DNA of 64,000 nt, from the NCBI GenBank assembly GCA_964422035.1, contig CAYQZQ010000002.1:1612-65611 (forward strand). Direction: 5' to 3'. The position numbers and the translations under genes were made by a program. Shown here piece by piece: positions 9,300 through 18,963 of this stretch. Source of the stretch: an uncultured Pseudomonadales bacterium (GTDB lineage Bacteria; Patescibacteriota; Microgenomatia; UBA1400; Chazhemtobacteraceae). The notes under the pieces are model-generated. The model was given only the letters and a program-made list of their open reading frames with translations. It made no database searches and was not told where the DNA came from. Positions within the stretch are counted from its first letter, which is position 1, and each line of letters opens with the position of its first letter.

Positions 9300-10292
9300 A
9301 TGGGTAATTTTGAGGTAGTTACAATTGGTTCAGCAGTTTTAGACATAGCTGTTAAGTCAAAAGATTTTAAAGTTATGAAGAGTCATGAAATTGAAGGAGG
9401 TGTTGGGTTGTGCGAGGTTTATGGTGGAAAAACAGAAGTTGATTCGATGGAGATGGCAGTCGGAGGTGGGGGGACAAACACAGCAGTCTCATTGTCGGTT
9501 AAAGGGGTGCGTGTGGGCTGTGTTGCTAAGATAGGTACTGGTGATGTAGGAGATATGATTAGGAGGCGTTTAAAGAATTGGGGGCTGGATTCAAGAATGT
9601 TGATTGAGGCGGAGGATGGTCATTCTGCAATGAGTACGGTTTTGGTGGCTCCAGATGGAGGGCGATCGATTCTGACATATCGAGGAGTGAGTAAGGAAAT
9701 TGAATCAAAAGAGATTAACTGGAAGAAAGTGAAGAAGGCTGATTGGATAATGGTAACAAGTTTGGGAGGCAATATGTCTTTGATGGAGGATATTGTTTAT
9801 TTTGCCAAGAAAAATGATATCAAAGTTTTTTGGAATCCCGGGAAAAATGAACTATCTAAGGCTATGAGGCTGAGAAAAATTGCTCAAGAGGTTAGTGTTT
9901 TAGTGATGAATAGAATGGAGTTTGCTGAGCTTATGGGGGTGAGTTTTGAAGATCAGTTGGAAATTGATAGAGGTGCAGTGGGGTTTGGGCCAGGTCATTT
10001 GGTAATTACTGAAGGAAAAAGAGGTTCTGTGGTTTATAAGGATGATAGAAAAGTAAAAGTGGGTGCTTTTAAAAGTGATGGTGTGGATGAAACGGGGGCA
10101 GGTGATGCTTATGGTAGCGGTTTGTTGTATGGGTTGTATAAGGGATGGGATTTTGGAAAAGCGATGAAGGCAGGGGCGGCTAATGCGGCGGGAGTTGTTA
10201 AAAAAATTGGGGCTAAAAATGGTTTGTTAGATGAAAAAGAAATAGATAAGTGGATAGAAAAAGATTTGAAAGTGGTTGAAGAGAGATATTAG
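9300..10292 (+). CDS. PfkB/ribokinase family carbohydrate kinase
   Basis: GGGGTNTAV and DETGAGDAYGSG signatures. Confidence 0.92.
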   Translation: MGNFEVVTIGSAVLDIAVKSKDFKVMKSHEIEGGVGLCEVYGGKTEVDSMEMAVGGGGTNTAVSLSVKGVRVGCVAKIGTGDVGDMIRRRLKNWGLDSRMLIEAEDGHSAMSTVLVAPDGGRSILTYRGVSKEIESKEINWKKVKKADWIMVTSLGGNMSLMEDIVYFAKKNDIKVFWNPGKNELSKAMRLRKIAQEVSVLVMNRMEFAELMGVSFEDQLEIDRGAVGFGPGHLVITEGKRGSVVYKDDRKVKVGAFKSDGVDETGAGDAYGSGLLYGLYKGWDFGKAMKAGAANAAGVVKKIGAKNGLLDEKEIDKWIEKDLKVVEERY

Positions 10293-10312
10293 GTGTTAAT
10301 ATAAAGTCAAAT

Positions 10313-10618
10313 ATGGCAAAGGAAAAACAGGGACAAATGAAGATTAAAGGTGGAGATCAAGAACAAGAGAGTGAAAAGAATGATAAAAAAGAAAAAGCAA
10401 GAAAGAAAAAAAATAAGTTAGGTGTTTTAATATTATTGATTGTGACGATTTTGGCAAGTTTGGCTTTTTCAATTAAAGCGAGGGGAGGAATAAGGGGGAT
10501 TTTTTCAAGAAAAAATGATAGCGAGCAAGTTGAGACTAATCAAATGGATGAAGTAAAGGAGTCAGAATCAAAAGACAGTTGGTGGCCTTTTGGTAAAAAA
10601 GTTTATGAGTTTGATTAG
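10313..10618 (+). CDS. Single-pass membrane hypothetical protein
   Basis: Basic N-terminus, one TM helix, acidic tail. Confidence 0.65.
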   Translation: MAKEKQGQMKIKGGDQEQESEKNDKKEKARKKKNKLGVLILLIVTILASLAFSIKARGGIRGIFSRKNDSEQVETNQMDEVKESESKDSWWPFGKKVYEFD

Positions 10619-10624
10619 GGATAT

Positions 10625-13078
10625 TTATTGTCTGGTTGTTGAAGCAGCGGGTGGGAGTCTTTTTGTTTCAGCCAGAGGTTGATTGCTGGGTGTTGTCTGT
10701 GGGGTAATAATGGCTTTAATTTGTTTTTGGGTGCAAGCAGTTTTGGGTTGAGTTCCTGTGGCAAAGGTTTCGAGTTTGGGGTTTGGACAAGCATCGCAGG
10801 TTAATGTATTTGTTAATGGACAGATGGCGACTTTTACAATAGTTTCAGGTGATGAGAATTGATGGATATTAGTGCGATTTTGTAGTGAAGAGCTAATTGT
10901 TTTGGCCCAGATGGGAGAAGCACCAGTAATGCCTGAAGCTACTTTGCTCATAGGTGTGTTGTCGTTGTTACCTACCCAAGTAACTACAAGATGATCGGAG
11001 GTGTAGCCAATAGCCCAGTTATCTCGAAGGTCATTTGAGGTCCCGGTTTTAACAGCAACCTGGTGTTGGGGAATATTAAGAATTGAGTTATAGCCGAATG
11101 CTGGAGCTCTGGCTTGACGGTCTGAGAGAATGTCGTTAATTAAAAAGGCTGTTGAGGGATTTATAACTTGTTTGGGTTGACATTTGGAGTCAGGACAAGG
11201 TGAGTATTGTAGTGATTGATTGTTGGAGTTTGTAACGGAGATTATGGGAGTTAGTTCAATATGGTTGCCTAAGTTGGCAAAGGTGCCATAGACTTCGGCC
11301 AGGTCTGTCATTTTTACTTCATTGCTGCCTAAAGTAAGGCTAAGTCCGTAGCGTGAAGGATCGTTCCAGGTGGTGATGCCCATTTTTTGAGCAAGAATAA
11401 CCATTTGAGTAATGCCGTTCCTGTTGAGTAATTTGATGGCTGGAATGTTGTAAGAAGAAGCAAGGGCAGTTCTTAATGTAACTTCTCCGTGGAATTTATT
11501 ATCGTAGTTTCTTGGAGTCCATGTTTTTTGATTGGGAAGACGGAAGGCAATGGGGGCGTCTTCGATGGTGGTGGAGGGGGTGAAGCCTTTTTCAAAAGCA
11601 AGGGCGTAGTTAATTGGCTTGATGGCGGATCCGGGTTGTCGCAGGCTGGTGGTGATGTTTACCTGCCCATCGATTTTGGGGTCAAAGTAATTTTTTGAGC
11701 CTACCATGGCTAGTATTTGGCCGGTTTGGGGATCTGTTATTAAGATGGCGCCGTTATTTACATTAAGGTTTTTAAGATTGTTCAGTTCTTCTCTGAGAAT
11801 TTCTTCGGCTTGATTTTGTATTTTTAAGTCTAATGTCGTGGTAATTTTTAAACCGCCTTGGGCTATGGTTTGAGGACTATATTGATCAGCAAGTTTTTGG
11901 TAAACGTACATTACAAAGTGTGGGGCTTTAATAGAGTTGGGATTTGGATTGTAGTTTAAGGGGGTATTGATGGCTTGTTGATATTGATCTTGAGTAATCA
12001 GTTGTTCTTTAAGCATCCGGTTGAGAACTGTAATTTGCCTAGCTTTAGCTTTTTGGGGATGAGAGAAAGGAGAGTATTTTGTAGGAGCTTGAGGTAGTCC
12101 AGCAAGAAGAGCTGCCTCGGCAAGATTTAGGTCTTGTGTGGTTTTTTTAAAGTAGTGATGTGAAGCAGCTTCAATTCCATAGACAGGTCCTCCGTAGGGG
12201 ATATGATTAAAGTACAGGGTGAGAATGGTCTCTTTGTCAAAAATAAGCTCTGTGTGAATGGCGAGAATTACTTCTTTAAGTTTGCGGGTGAGGGTTTTCT
12301 TGTTATTTAAAAGTGTGTTTTTAATAAGTTGTTGAGTTATAGTTGAGCCGCCTTGGAGCTGGTCATCAGTTAGATTGTGTTTGGCGGCTCTGAGAATACC
12401 TGATACGGAAAGACCTTGATGTTGATAGAATTTTTCATCTTCAGTAGCAAGGGTAGCGTCAATTACGTATTGAGGAATATTGTTTAGCTTGATAAGTTGT
12501 CTGTTTTGGTTGTTATAGAAAGTAAAGAGGAGTTCGCCGTTGCGATCGTAAATCTGGGTTGATAAGGGAAAATTGTTATTCTTAAGTTGATGAGGTGAGG
12601 GAAGGTCTTTTAAGATTTGGAAGTATATCAGGCTGGTTAGTGTTAGGAAAAATGTAAAGTAGATAAAAAAACGTTTTGGAAACTGTGGAGTTTTTAATTG
12701 AGGAATTGAAGGAGGTTGAATTTGGGGCAGTCGAGGGAGGGTTAGGTTAAAAGAGGGAAGAGATATTTTGGGTAGGGATGGGAGAGAAATTTTTAGGCTT
12801 GATGGAAGTTGTATTTTTTTGATGAGGCCAAAGGCGGAGGTTGTCAAACTAATTAAATTTGAGATGACAAGGATTAAAAGAAGGATTAAAAGATATAAAG
12901 GTCGGCCTAATAAATTGAACAAAAATATTACTTGTTTTATAGGTTTTAGTTTTAGCAAGGGGGAAAACGTTCTTGGGGTGTGTGTGGTGTGATTTAGTGT
13001 AGTGAAGTTTTTTATTTGATGCAGTTGTTTTTTTAATATTTTTCTAAGTTTGTTGAAACATAATGTCAACTGCACCAT
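10625..13078 (-). CDS. Class A penicillin-binding protein (PBP1A family)
   Basis: Transglycosylase ATEDEKFYQH, GGSTITQQL, RKLKE; transpeptidase GSAIK, SYN, KTGT. Confidence 0.95.
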   Translation of the reverse strand: MVQLTLCFNKLRKILKKQLHQIKNFTTLNHTTHTPRTFSPLLKLKPIKQVIFLFNLLGRPLYLLILLLILVISNLISLTTSAFGLIKKIQLPSSLKISLPSLPKISLPSFNLTLPRLPQIQPPSIPQLKTPQFPKRFFIYFTFFLTLTSLIYFQILKDLPSPHQLKNNNFPLSTQIYDRNGELLFTFYNNQNRQLIKLNNIPQYVIDATLATEDEKFYQHQGLSVSGILRAAKHNLTDDQLQGGSTITQQLIKNTLLNNKKTLTRKLKEVILAIHTELIFDKETILTLYFNHIPYGGPVYGIEAASHHYFKKTTQDLNLAEAALLAGLPQAPTKYSPFSHPQKAKARQITVLNRMLKEQLITQDQYQQAINTPLNYNPNPNSIKAPHFVMYVYQKLADQYSPQTIAQGGLKITTTLDLKIQNQAEEILREELNNLKNLNVNNGAILITDPQTGQILAMVGSKNYFDPKIDGQVNITTSLRQPGSAIKPINYALAFEKGFTPSTTIEDAPIAFRLPNQKTWTPRNYDNKFHGEVTLRTALASSYNIPAIKLLNRNGITQMVILAQKMGITTWNDPSRYGLSLTLGSNEVKMTDLAEVYGTFANLGNHIELTPIISVTNSNNQSLQYSPCPDSKCQPKQVINPSTAFLINDILSDRQARAPAFGYNSILNIPQHQVAVKTGTSNDLRDNWAIGYTSDHLVVTWVGNNDNTPMSKVASGITGASPIWAKTISSSLQNRTNIHQFSSPETIVKVAICPLTNTLTCDACPNPKLETFATGTQPKTACTQKQIKAIITPQTTPSNQPLAETKRLPPAASTTRQ

Positions 13079-13148
13079 ACCTTTATATTACCAGAGTTAG
13101 AGGGTTACTTTAAAGAGGGAATTAGACCTTTGTGTCTCAGTAGTTGAT

Positions 13149-15665
13149 CTATTGTGATGTGTTATGAAGGGGTTCTATCTGTAGCCAGTTTGAGGGGGTT
13201 ATGGAACTAGCTTTAAAGGAATCGTAGTTGATTGTGTAACGAGGATATTGGGTTTTGCCAGTGGAAATAAGCTCTTGGGGATTGTCGGGATTGGGTTTTG
13301 TTTCTTGGGTATAAGGACAGTCGAGGCAAAAGTCTCTGATGAAAGGATCTGAGACTATCAGGTGTGTTTCTAAGTCAAGGTCAATGACTTCTTCGTCTGG
13401 CTGAGGTGGGAGTTTAGTATCCCTTTTTACCCAGATTTGTTTTTGTGTTGGGTAATTTGGTTGAGGTAATTTGTCTTTGATGAATAGTTCGGTCCTTGTT
13501 TCGCATTCACTTTCAGCGGTGGGAAGAAGGCCGGTTAAGATACAAATCTGTTGTGAGACTACTCCTTGAGGTTGTTTTGGTGGTTGGTTTTTTTCACCCC
13601 TGAGTGCATATGAAGTTATATCGTTCCAGATTGGAGAAGCACCGGTGACACCGGAGGCAACGTAGCTCATGGGTGTGTTGTCATTGTTGCCCACCCAAGT
13701 TGTTACAAGTAGATTGGGAGTGAAGCCTATGGTCCAGTTGTCGCGAAGATCATTGGTAGTACCAGTTTTTACACTAACTGTCTGTCCAGGGATGACTAGT
13801 TGAGAGCTTGGACCAAAAGCAGATTGGCGGGCGTTGTTGTCAAGAAGAATGTGTGAAATTATGTAAGCGACTTCTTCAGGCAAGACGGCAATAGGCTTGT
13901 CTGATTCAGGATTGGGTATATTTGATTGAAATTGTTCCCAGCTGAGTCTTTGACTGGAGGTTAGTTCGGACACTTCTTCTATGTCAATTTCTTCTAACAT
14001 ATTACCTTGATAATCTTCGACCTTTAGTATGGGGTTAAGAGGAACTTTTACTCCTCCGTTTGCGAAGGACCCGAAAGCAACTGCCATGTCAACCATGCGG
14101 ACTTCGCCACCTCCTAGAGTAAGTGAAAGTCCGTATTTTGATGGATCTTCCCAGCCTTTTATACCCATAGCTGATGCTGTGGCTATCATGGGTTCAACTC
14201 CGTTTAGGGCTAGTTGTTTTACGGCTGGAAGATTGTACGAGTTACCTAGGGCAAAGCGCATTTGGACTGGGCCGTGGAAAGTGGCATCGTAGTTTCTTGG
14301 GCAGTAGGCTTTTTGTCCAGTAACAGCAAAGCAGGTTGGTACGTCTAGATACATTGTTGAAGTAGGCCAGCCTTTTAAGAGGCCAACTGCGTAGTTGATT
14401 GGTTTTATAGATGAGCCTGGTTGTCGGGAACGAAGAGTGATATTTACATTGCCGTCATTTTCTATGTCAAAGTAATCGTGAGATCCGATCATGGCAAGTA
14501 CTTCTCCTGTTGGTGGTCTGGTAACAAGAGCGGCACCGTTGCCAACTCGGAGTCTTTGCAAATTGTCAATTTCAGCTGAAAGCGAGGCTTGAGCGGCTTG
14601 CTGTAGATCATAGTCTAAGCTAGTGGTAACTCGAAGGCCTCCTAAGTTGACTTTGTTTTCACCGTAACGTTCAACAAGAATATCTTTAATCCAGAAAACA
14701 AAGTGAGGAGCGCTAATGCTATTTTCAGGTTGGTTATATTCCAGGGGTTTGCTGGAAATTGTTTCCAATTGTTGTTGAGAAATGTATCCATCCTGATACA
14801 TACGTTTTAGTACTTGTTTTTGGCGTGATTTGGCTAGTTCAGGGTGGGCGCCAAAAGGTGAGTATCTGGTGGGAGCTTGAGGTAAGCCGGCAAGTAGTGC
14901 GGCTTCTGAGAGGTTTAGTTGTGAGGCTGGTTTATTAAAGTACTGGTGGGCTGCAGACTCAATGCCGTAAGCAGTACCTCCGTATGGGGCGTGATTAAGA
15001 TACATCTCAAGAATTTGTTCTTTTGAGTAAATTACCTCAGTGATGACAGCTAGGGCGGCTTCTCTGATTTTTCTAGTTAGGGTACGTGAAGGATCATTTA
15101 AAAGGGCGATTTTAATTAACTGTTGAGTGATTGTTGACCCACCCTCAAGACCTTGTCCGGTGATAGTTCTATAAGCAGCTCGAGTAATGCCCTTAAGATC
15201 AAGGCCGTGATGTTGATAGAAGTGTTGATCTTCAATGGCAATGGTGGCTTTGAGTAGGTGATCGGGCATGTTTTGGATGTTAATGGGAGAACGGTTTTTG
15301 TCGGCGTATATTTCATAGAGTAATTGGCCATTTCGGTCTAGAATTTGGGTTGAAACAGGGGCAGGTTGGCGGGTAAGTTTAGTGGGATTGGGTACGTCTT
15401 TGAAAAGCCATATTATTGAGGAAATGAAGATTAGTATTAGGGTGGGGACTGCGATCTTGACAGCTTTTTTATCGAGTTTGGGAAAAGAAATTTTTTTAAG
15501 TAGCGGGGTGGGGTTGATTTTTTTTAGAAATGAGAGAGCTGCTTTTGCATATGGTTGAAGATTTAATTGCTTTATTTTCTTTAAAGCAATTTGAAGTTTT
15601 GAGGCGGAATAATCTTTGAGTGATTTAAAGTAGTCATCGATTTGTTTGCGAAGTTTTTTGGACAT
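13149..15665 (-). CDS. Class A penicillin-binding protein (PBP1A family), paralog
   Basis: AIEDQHFYQH, GGSTITQQL, RKIRE; GSSIK, SYN, KTGT. Confidence 0.95.
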   Translation of the reverse strand: MSKKLRKQIDDYFKSLKDYSASKLQIALKKIKQLNLQPYAKAALSFLKKINPTPLLKKISFPKLDKKAVKIAVPTLILIFISSIIWLFKDVPNPTKLTRQPAPVSTQILDRNGQLLYEIYADKNRSPINIQNMPDHLLKATIAIEDQHFYQHHGLDLKGITRAAYRTITGQGLEGGSTITQQLIKIALLNDPSRTLTRKIREAALAVITEVIYSKEQILEMYLNHAPYGGTAYGIESAAHQYFNKPASQLNLSEAALLAGLPQAPTRYSPFGAHPELAKSRQKQVLKRMYQDGYISQQQLETISSKPLEYNQPENSISAPHFVFWIKDILVERYGENKVNLGGLRVTTSLDYDLQQAAQASLSAEIDNLQRLRVGNGAALVTRPPTGEVLAMIGSHDYFDIENDGNVNITLRSRQPGSSIKPINYAVGLLKGWPTSTMYLDVPTCFAVTGQKAYCPRNYDATFHGPVQMRFALGNSYNLPAVKQLALNGVEPMIATASAMGIKGWEDPSKYGLSLTLGGGEVRMVDMAVAFGSFANGGVKVPLNPILKVEDYQGNMLEEIDIEEVSELTSSQRLSWEQFQSNIPNPESDKPIAVLPEEVAYIISHILLDNNARQSAFGPSSQLVIPGQTVSVKTGTTNDLRDNWTIGFTPNLLVTTWVGNNDNTPMSYVASGVTGASPIWNDITSYALRGEKNQPPKQPQGVVSQQICILTGLLPTAESECETRTELFIKDKLPQPNYPTQKQIWVKRDTKLPPQPDEEVIDLDLETHLIVSDPFIRDFCLDCPYTQETKPNPDNPQELISTGKTQYPRYTINYDSFKASSITPSNWLQIEPLHNTSQ

Positions 15666-15735
15666 GAGGGTATTTTATCAGTTTCTATTTTTTCTCAAGC
15701 TTGATGATAGTATTGTGGGTTGTTAAGATTAGGGC

Positions 15736-16269
15736 ATGTTAAAAGAAAAGAAGTGGTACCAGTTTTTAGATGAACCGATGAAGATGTGGGTTGATCAAGC
15801 ATATTATCTTTTAGATAGGGAAGAAATGAGCGGGTCAAGATTTTTGGATTATGGTTTTGTGGTTTTTCCGATGGCTAAAGCCTATGAAGGGTTTGTTAAA
15901 AAATTTTTGTTCGAGACAGGGTTTATTGATGAGAAAACTTATAAAGATAAGCATTTTAGAATTGGGAAAAGCTTGAATCCTGATTTGCCCAAAAAGTATC
16001 AAGATAAACGATGGGTGTTTGAAAAATTAAGAATTTGGTATGAGAAAACGGGGGAAGATAGTTTGGCGAGACAGATGTGGAAAGCTTGGAAAAAAGGAAG
16101 AAATAGGGTATTTCATTATTTTGCTGGTAAAGAGAGAAGATTGAGCTTGGAGGAAGCCAGGGAAAGGGTAGAGGCGTTTGAGCGAGCTATGGAAAAAGCA
16201 ATAACTTGTCAGAATGAGGTTGACAGTGGAGAAGAAAAAAAGAACAATGGAGTTAATGAAGTTAGATAA
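15736..16269 (+). CDS. HEPN-domain protein resembling the RNase LS (RnlA) C-terminal domain
   Basis: DYGFVVFPMAKAYEGFVKK helix and Rx4H motif RNRVFH. Confidence 0.65.
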   Translation: MLKEKKWYQFLDEPMKMWVDQAYYLLDREEMSGSRFLDYGFVVFPMAKAYEGFVKKFLFETGFIDEKTYKDKHFRIGKSLNPDLPKKYQDKRWVFEKLRIWYEKTGEDSLARQMWKAWKKGRNRVFHYFAGKERRLSLEEARERVEAFERAMEKAITCQNEVDSGEEKKNNGVNEVR

Positions 16270-16873
16270 AGGTTGGAAGAGAGTTTGGTTTTATTATCTT
16301 TACTTATGGATTGGATGGGGTTTGTTTAGGTGGTTATTTAATTTACCTGAAGCTATTGAGGAGTTATGGATTAAGCCGGTGATATGGTTGTTGCCGATCT
16401 GGTTTATTAGAGCTAAGCAGAAAAAGAGGATTAATTGGTTTGAGGGAAATGGCTTAAAAGCGATTTTGGCAGGATTGGGATTGGGGGTTTTGTATAGTGG
16501 AGTGACGATTTTGAGCAAGATGAAAGCAGGAGTGGGTTTTGAGGGGTGGTTTGGAGTTGAGGGCTGGTGGATGATTGGTGTGGGTTTGGCAACAGCAATT
16601 GTGGAACAATTAGCTTTTACGGGCTTTATTTTTTACAATCTAAAAGATAAGTTTGAAAGTCGATGGGGGCTGGCAGTGTTGATCGGTTTGATGTTTGGCC
16701 TAATGCATATTCCGATAGGTGTTTCAATGTATGGTTTGCAAGGATGGGGTTTGTTTTTGATCGTGGGATTGTTTAGTCTGATTCAGATTGGAAATGTTTG
16801 GCTGGTTAGTGTAACAGGAAGTGTTATTTCGGCAATTATTACTCATTGGTTGGTGGGAATTTGGTGGGGGTAG
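16247..16873 (+). CDS. CPBP (Abi/CAAX) family intramembrane protease-like protein
   Basis: Multi-TM; VEQLAFTG, FGLMH, IITHW match degenerate CPBP motifs; start uncertain (16214/16247/16256). Confidence 0.75.
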   Translation: MELMKLDKGWKRVWFYYLYLWIGWGLFRWLFNLPEAIEELWIKPVIWLLPIWFIRAKQKKRINWFEGNGLKAILAGLGLGVLYSGVTILSKMKAGVGFEGWFGVEGWWMIGVGLATAIVEQLAFTGFIFYNLKDKFESRWGLAVLIGLMFGLMHIPIGVSMYGLQGWGLFLIVGLFSLIQIGNVWLVSVTGSVISAIITHWLVGIWWG

Positions 16874-16936
16874 AATAAGCATTTTAGCCTCAAAAACTTT
16901 ACATTTGTGATTACAATTGTTAAGATTTGAAAGCTT

Positions 16937-18163
16937 ATGTATGAACTGAGTAAAAGCTTAGGAAATAAAATCAGTAAACAAGTTGAGGAGAATTTTGACG
17001 AGCAAGTAGATTTTTTGCAGGAGCTGGTTAAGACGAAAAGTGTTAACCCGGGTAGTGATGTTAAGCGTAGTGCTGAAGTTGAGTTGGGTGTGGCAAGAAT
17101 TATAAGAAAGAGATTGAAGGATTTAGGACTTTATCCTCGTTATTTGCGAGCCAGAAGTGGGCGTCCAAATATTAGAGTTGTATGGGGTCCAACAAGAGCT
17201 AGAAAGAGTTTGTTATTAGTTGGGCACATGGATACAGCAAAGCCCAGAGAAGAAGTGGCTACTCCTTTTTCGGGATTGGTGAGAGAAGGCAAGATGTATG
17301 GAACAGGAGTTATGGACATGAAGGCAAGTCTGGCCGTGTATGTTTATGCATATAAGGCATTGCGAGATCTGGGTATTGAGCTTGATGGAAAGTTGAGAAT
17401 GGCATTTGTTGTTGATGGTAAAAATGAGGAGGTTAGCAAGATCGGATTAAGATATCTTTTAAATAAAGGGCTGGAGGCAAAAACAGCCATTTTAGGTAAG
17501 CCTGGATCTAGTAGAATTGGTATTGGACACAGAGGCGGATACCGTTTTTCTTTGACGGCTCTGGGTGAAAGTATTGAGACAGGCAAAAGAGATTGGGAAA
17601 CAGGCCAGAGAGGTAAAAATGCGATAACAGAGATGTCAAAAGCAATCAATGCTTTGCAGGATTTTGATTTACCTTATAAATCTTCAAGAGCTTTTCCAAA
17701 TCGTAGTCCTGTTTTTACTTTCCCGATTAAGATTGACGGTGGTGTAAGTATGGAGATGATTCCTGATCAATGTACTGCCTGGGGGGATGCGAGATTGATG
17801 CCGGGGAATACTGATAAGCAGGTTAAGTTGTGGATGGATGACAAGCTATCCGAGATTGACGGTTTGGAATATAGAGTTGAAGATTTGTTATTCGTGCCAT
17901 CTATGGAAATTGATAAAAATGAGAAGATTGTTCAGATGTTGTCCGAACAGGCGAAAGAGGAGATGGGAAGTAAGCCAAAACTTGAGGGTGAAGGTTCTTG
18001 GAATGATGCTTGGATGTTGACAGAGCGAGATATTCCGTGTGTGGCTGGGTTTGGTCCAGATGGAGGGCAAGACAGAGAGGGTGAGTGGGTGGATATTGAG
18101 AGTGTAAAGAAAGTTACAGCTGTATATGCAAGAACTATTCTCGATTACTTGGGAGAAAAGTAA
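16937..18163 (+). CDS. M20 (ArgE/DapE) family peptidase homolog with degenerate active site
   Basis: LQELVKTKSVN, GHMDT, GTGVMDMKAS, IPDQC, NDAW; several metal ligands appear replaced. Confidence 0.8.
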   Translation: MYELSKSLGNKISKQVEENFDEQVDFLQELVKTKSVNPGSDVKRSAEVELGVARIIRKRLKDLGLYPRYLRARSGRPNIRVVWGPTRARKSLLLVGHMDTAKPREEVATPFSGLVREGKMYGTGVMDMKASLAVYVYAYKALRDLGIELDGKLRMAFVVDGKNEEVSKIGLRYLLNKGLEAKTAILGKPGSSRIGIGHRGGYRFSLTALGESIETGKRDWETGQRGKNAITEMSKAINALQDFDLPYKSSRAFPNRSPVFTFPIKIDGGVSMEMIPDQCTAWGDARLMPGNTDKQVKLWMDDKLSEIDGLEYRVEDLLFVPSMEIDKNEKIVQMLSEQAKEEMGSKPKLEGEGSWNDAWMLTERDIPCVAGFGPDGGQDREGEWVDIESVKKVTAVYARTILDYLGEK

Positions 18164-18202
18164 TCAACTTTGACAGATGTGGTGATATGGTAAACTAGAT
18201 TT

Positions 18203-18826
18203 ATGAAAGTTAAGTTACATTCTTTGTTAGTTGCGGCAAGTTTAGTCTTTGGAGGAGTCATTTTATCAGTTTCGATTGCGAAAGGAGTAGAGTTGGGAGT
18301 ACTGGCTCAAGAGGTTACTATGGAGCAGGAAGAGATGCAGATGGAGGAGAGTGAGATTGATGTTGATGATGATATTGAGGAGCAAGCAGCAAATTACCAC
18401 CTTCCTTATCCAGGAATTTTACCCGATCACCCTCTTTATATTGTAAAGATGGTTAGGGACAGGCTAGTTGAGTGGCTGACCTTTGATAGGTTGAAAAAAG
18501 CTGAGTTGTTTGAGATGTATGCAGATAAAAGAATGGGAGCGGCTAGGGCGCTAATTGAGGGGGGGCAAGCTGAATTAGGGGTAGAGACAGCCAGGAAAGC
18601 AGTAAGGTATCAAGAAAGAGCAATTGAGAAGACGGAGGAGATGAAAAGAGACGGTCGTGACGTAGGAGATGTTGCTAATATGATTGAAAAGGCAACAGCA
18701 AAGCATGAACAAGTCTTATCTACAATTGAGCAGAAAGCGGCTAAACAAGGGCAAGAAGGAATAAGTAAAGTGCAAGAAAAAGTAAGAGAGAATAGAAGAG
18801 TGGTCTTAGAGGTTTTGGACAGATAA
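18203..18826 (+). CDS. DUF5667-like secreted helical protein
   Basis: N-terminal TM/signal, YHLPYPGILPDHPLY..K..RD, ADKR. Confidence 0.75.
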   Translation: MKVKLHSLLVAASLVFGGVILSVSIAKGVELGVLAQEVTMEQEEMQMEESEIDVDDDIEEQAANYHLPYPGILPDHPLYIVKMVRDRLVEWLTFDRLKKAELFEMYADKRMGAARALIEGGQAELGVETARKAVRYQERAIEKTEEMKRDGRDVGDVANMIEKATAKHEQVLSTIEQKAAKQGQEGISKVQEKVRENRRVVLEVLDR

Positions 18827-18882
18827 ATGTAGCTTAGCCTTGGTGAGTAATTTTGATATAGTAACGAAGGGGTAATATCTAG

Positions 18883-18935
18883 TTGACATACCATAGGTAG
18901 TGTTTTAGGGTAGTAGATGTCACCATAGATGGTGG
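18883..18935 (+). promoter_or_regulatory. nrdR-nrdJ promoter with two tandem NrdR boxes
   Basis: TTGACA 18883-18888; 16-bp boxes ATACCATAGGTAGTGT (18888-18903) and TCACCATAGATGGTGG (18920-18935, core palindrome CACCAT-AG-ATGGTG), 32 bp start to start. Confidence 0.8.
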
Positions 18936-18963
18936 TTATAAAAACAATTTAATTTGTTAGAAT

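Noticed and set aside
18827-18963. Cobalamin riboswitch upstream of nrdR-nrdJ
   Set aside because: The region is short, lacks B12-box motifs and is explained by the promoter and NrdR boxes.
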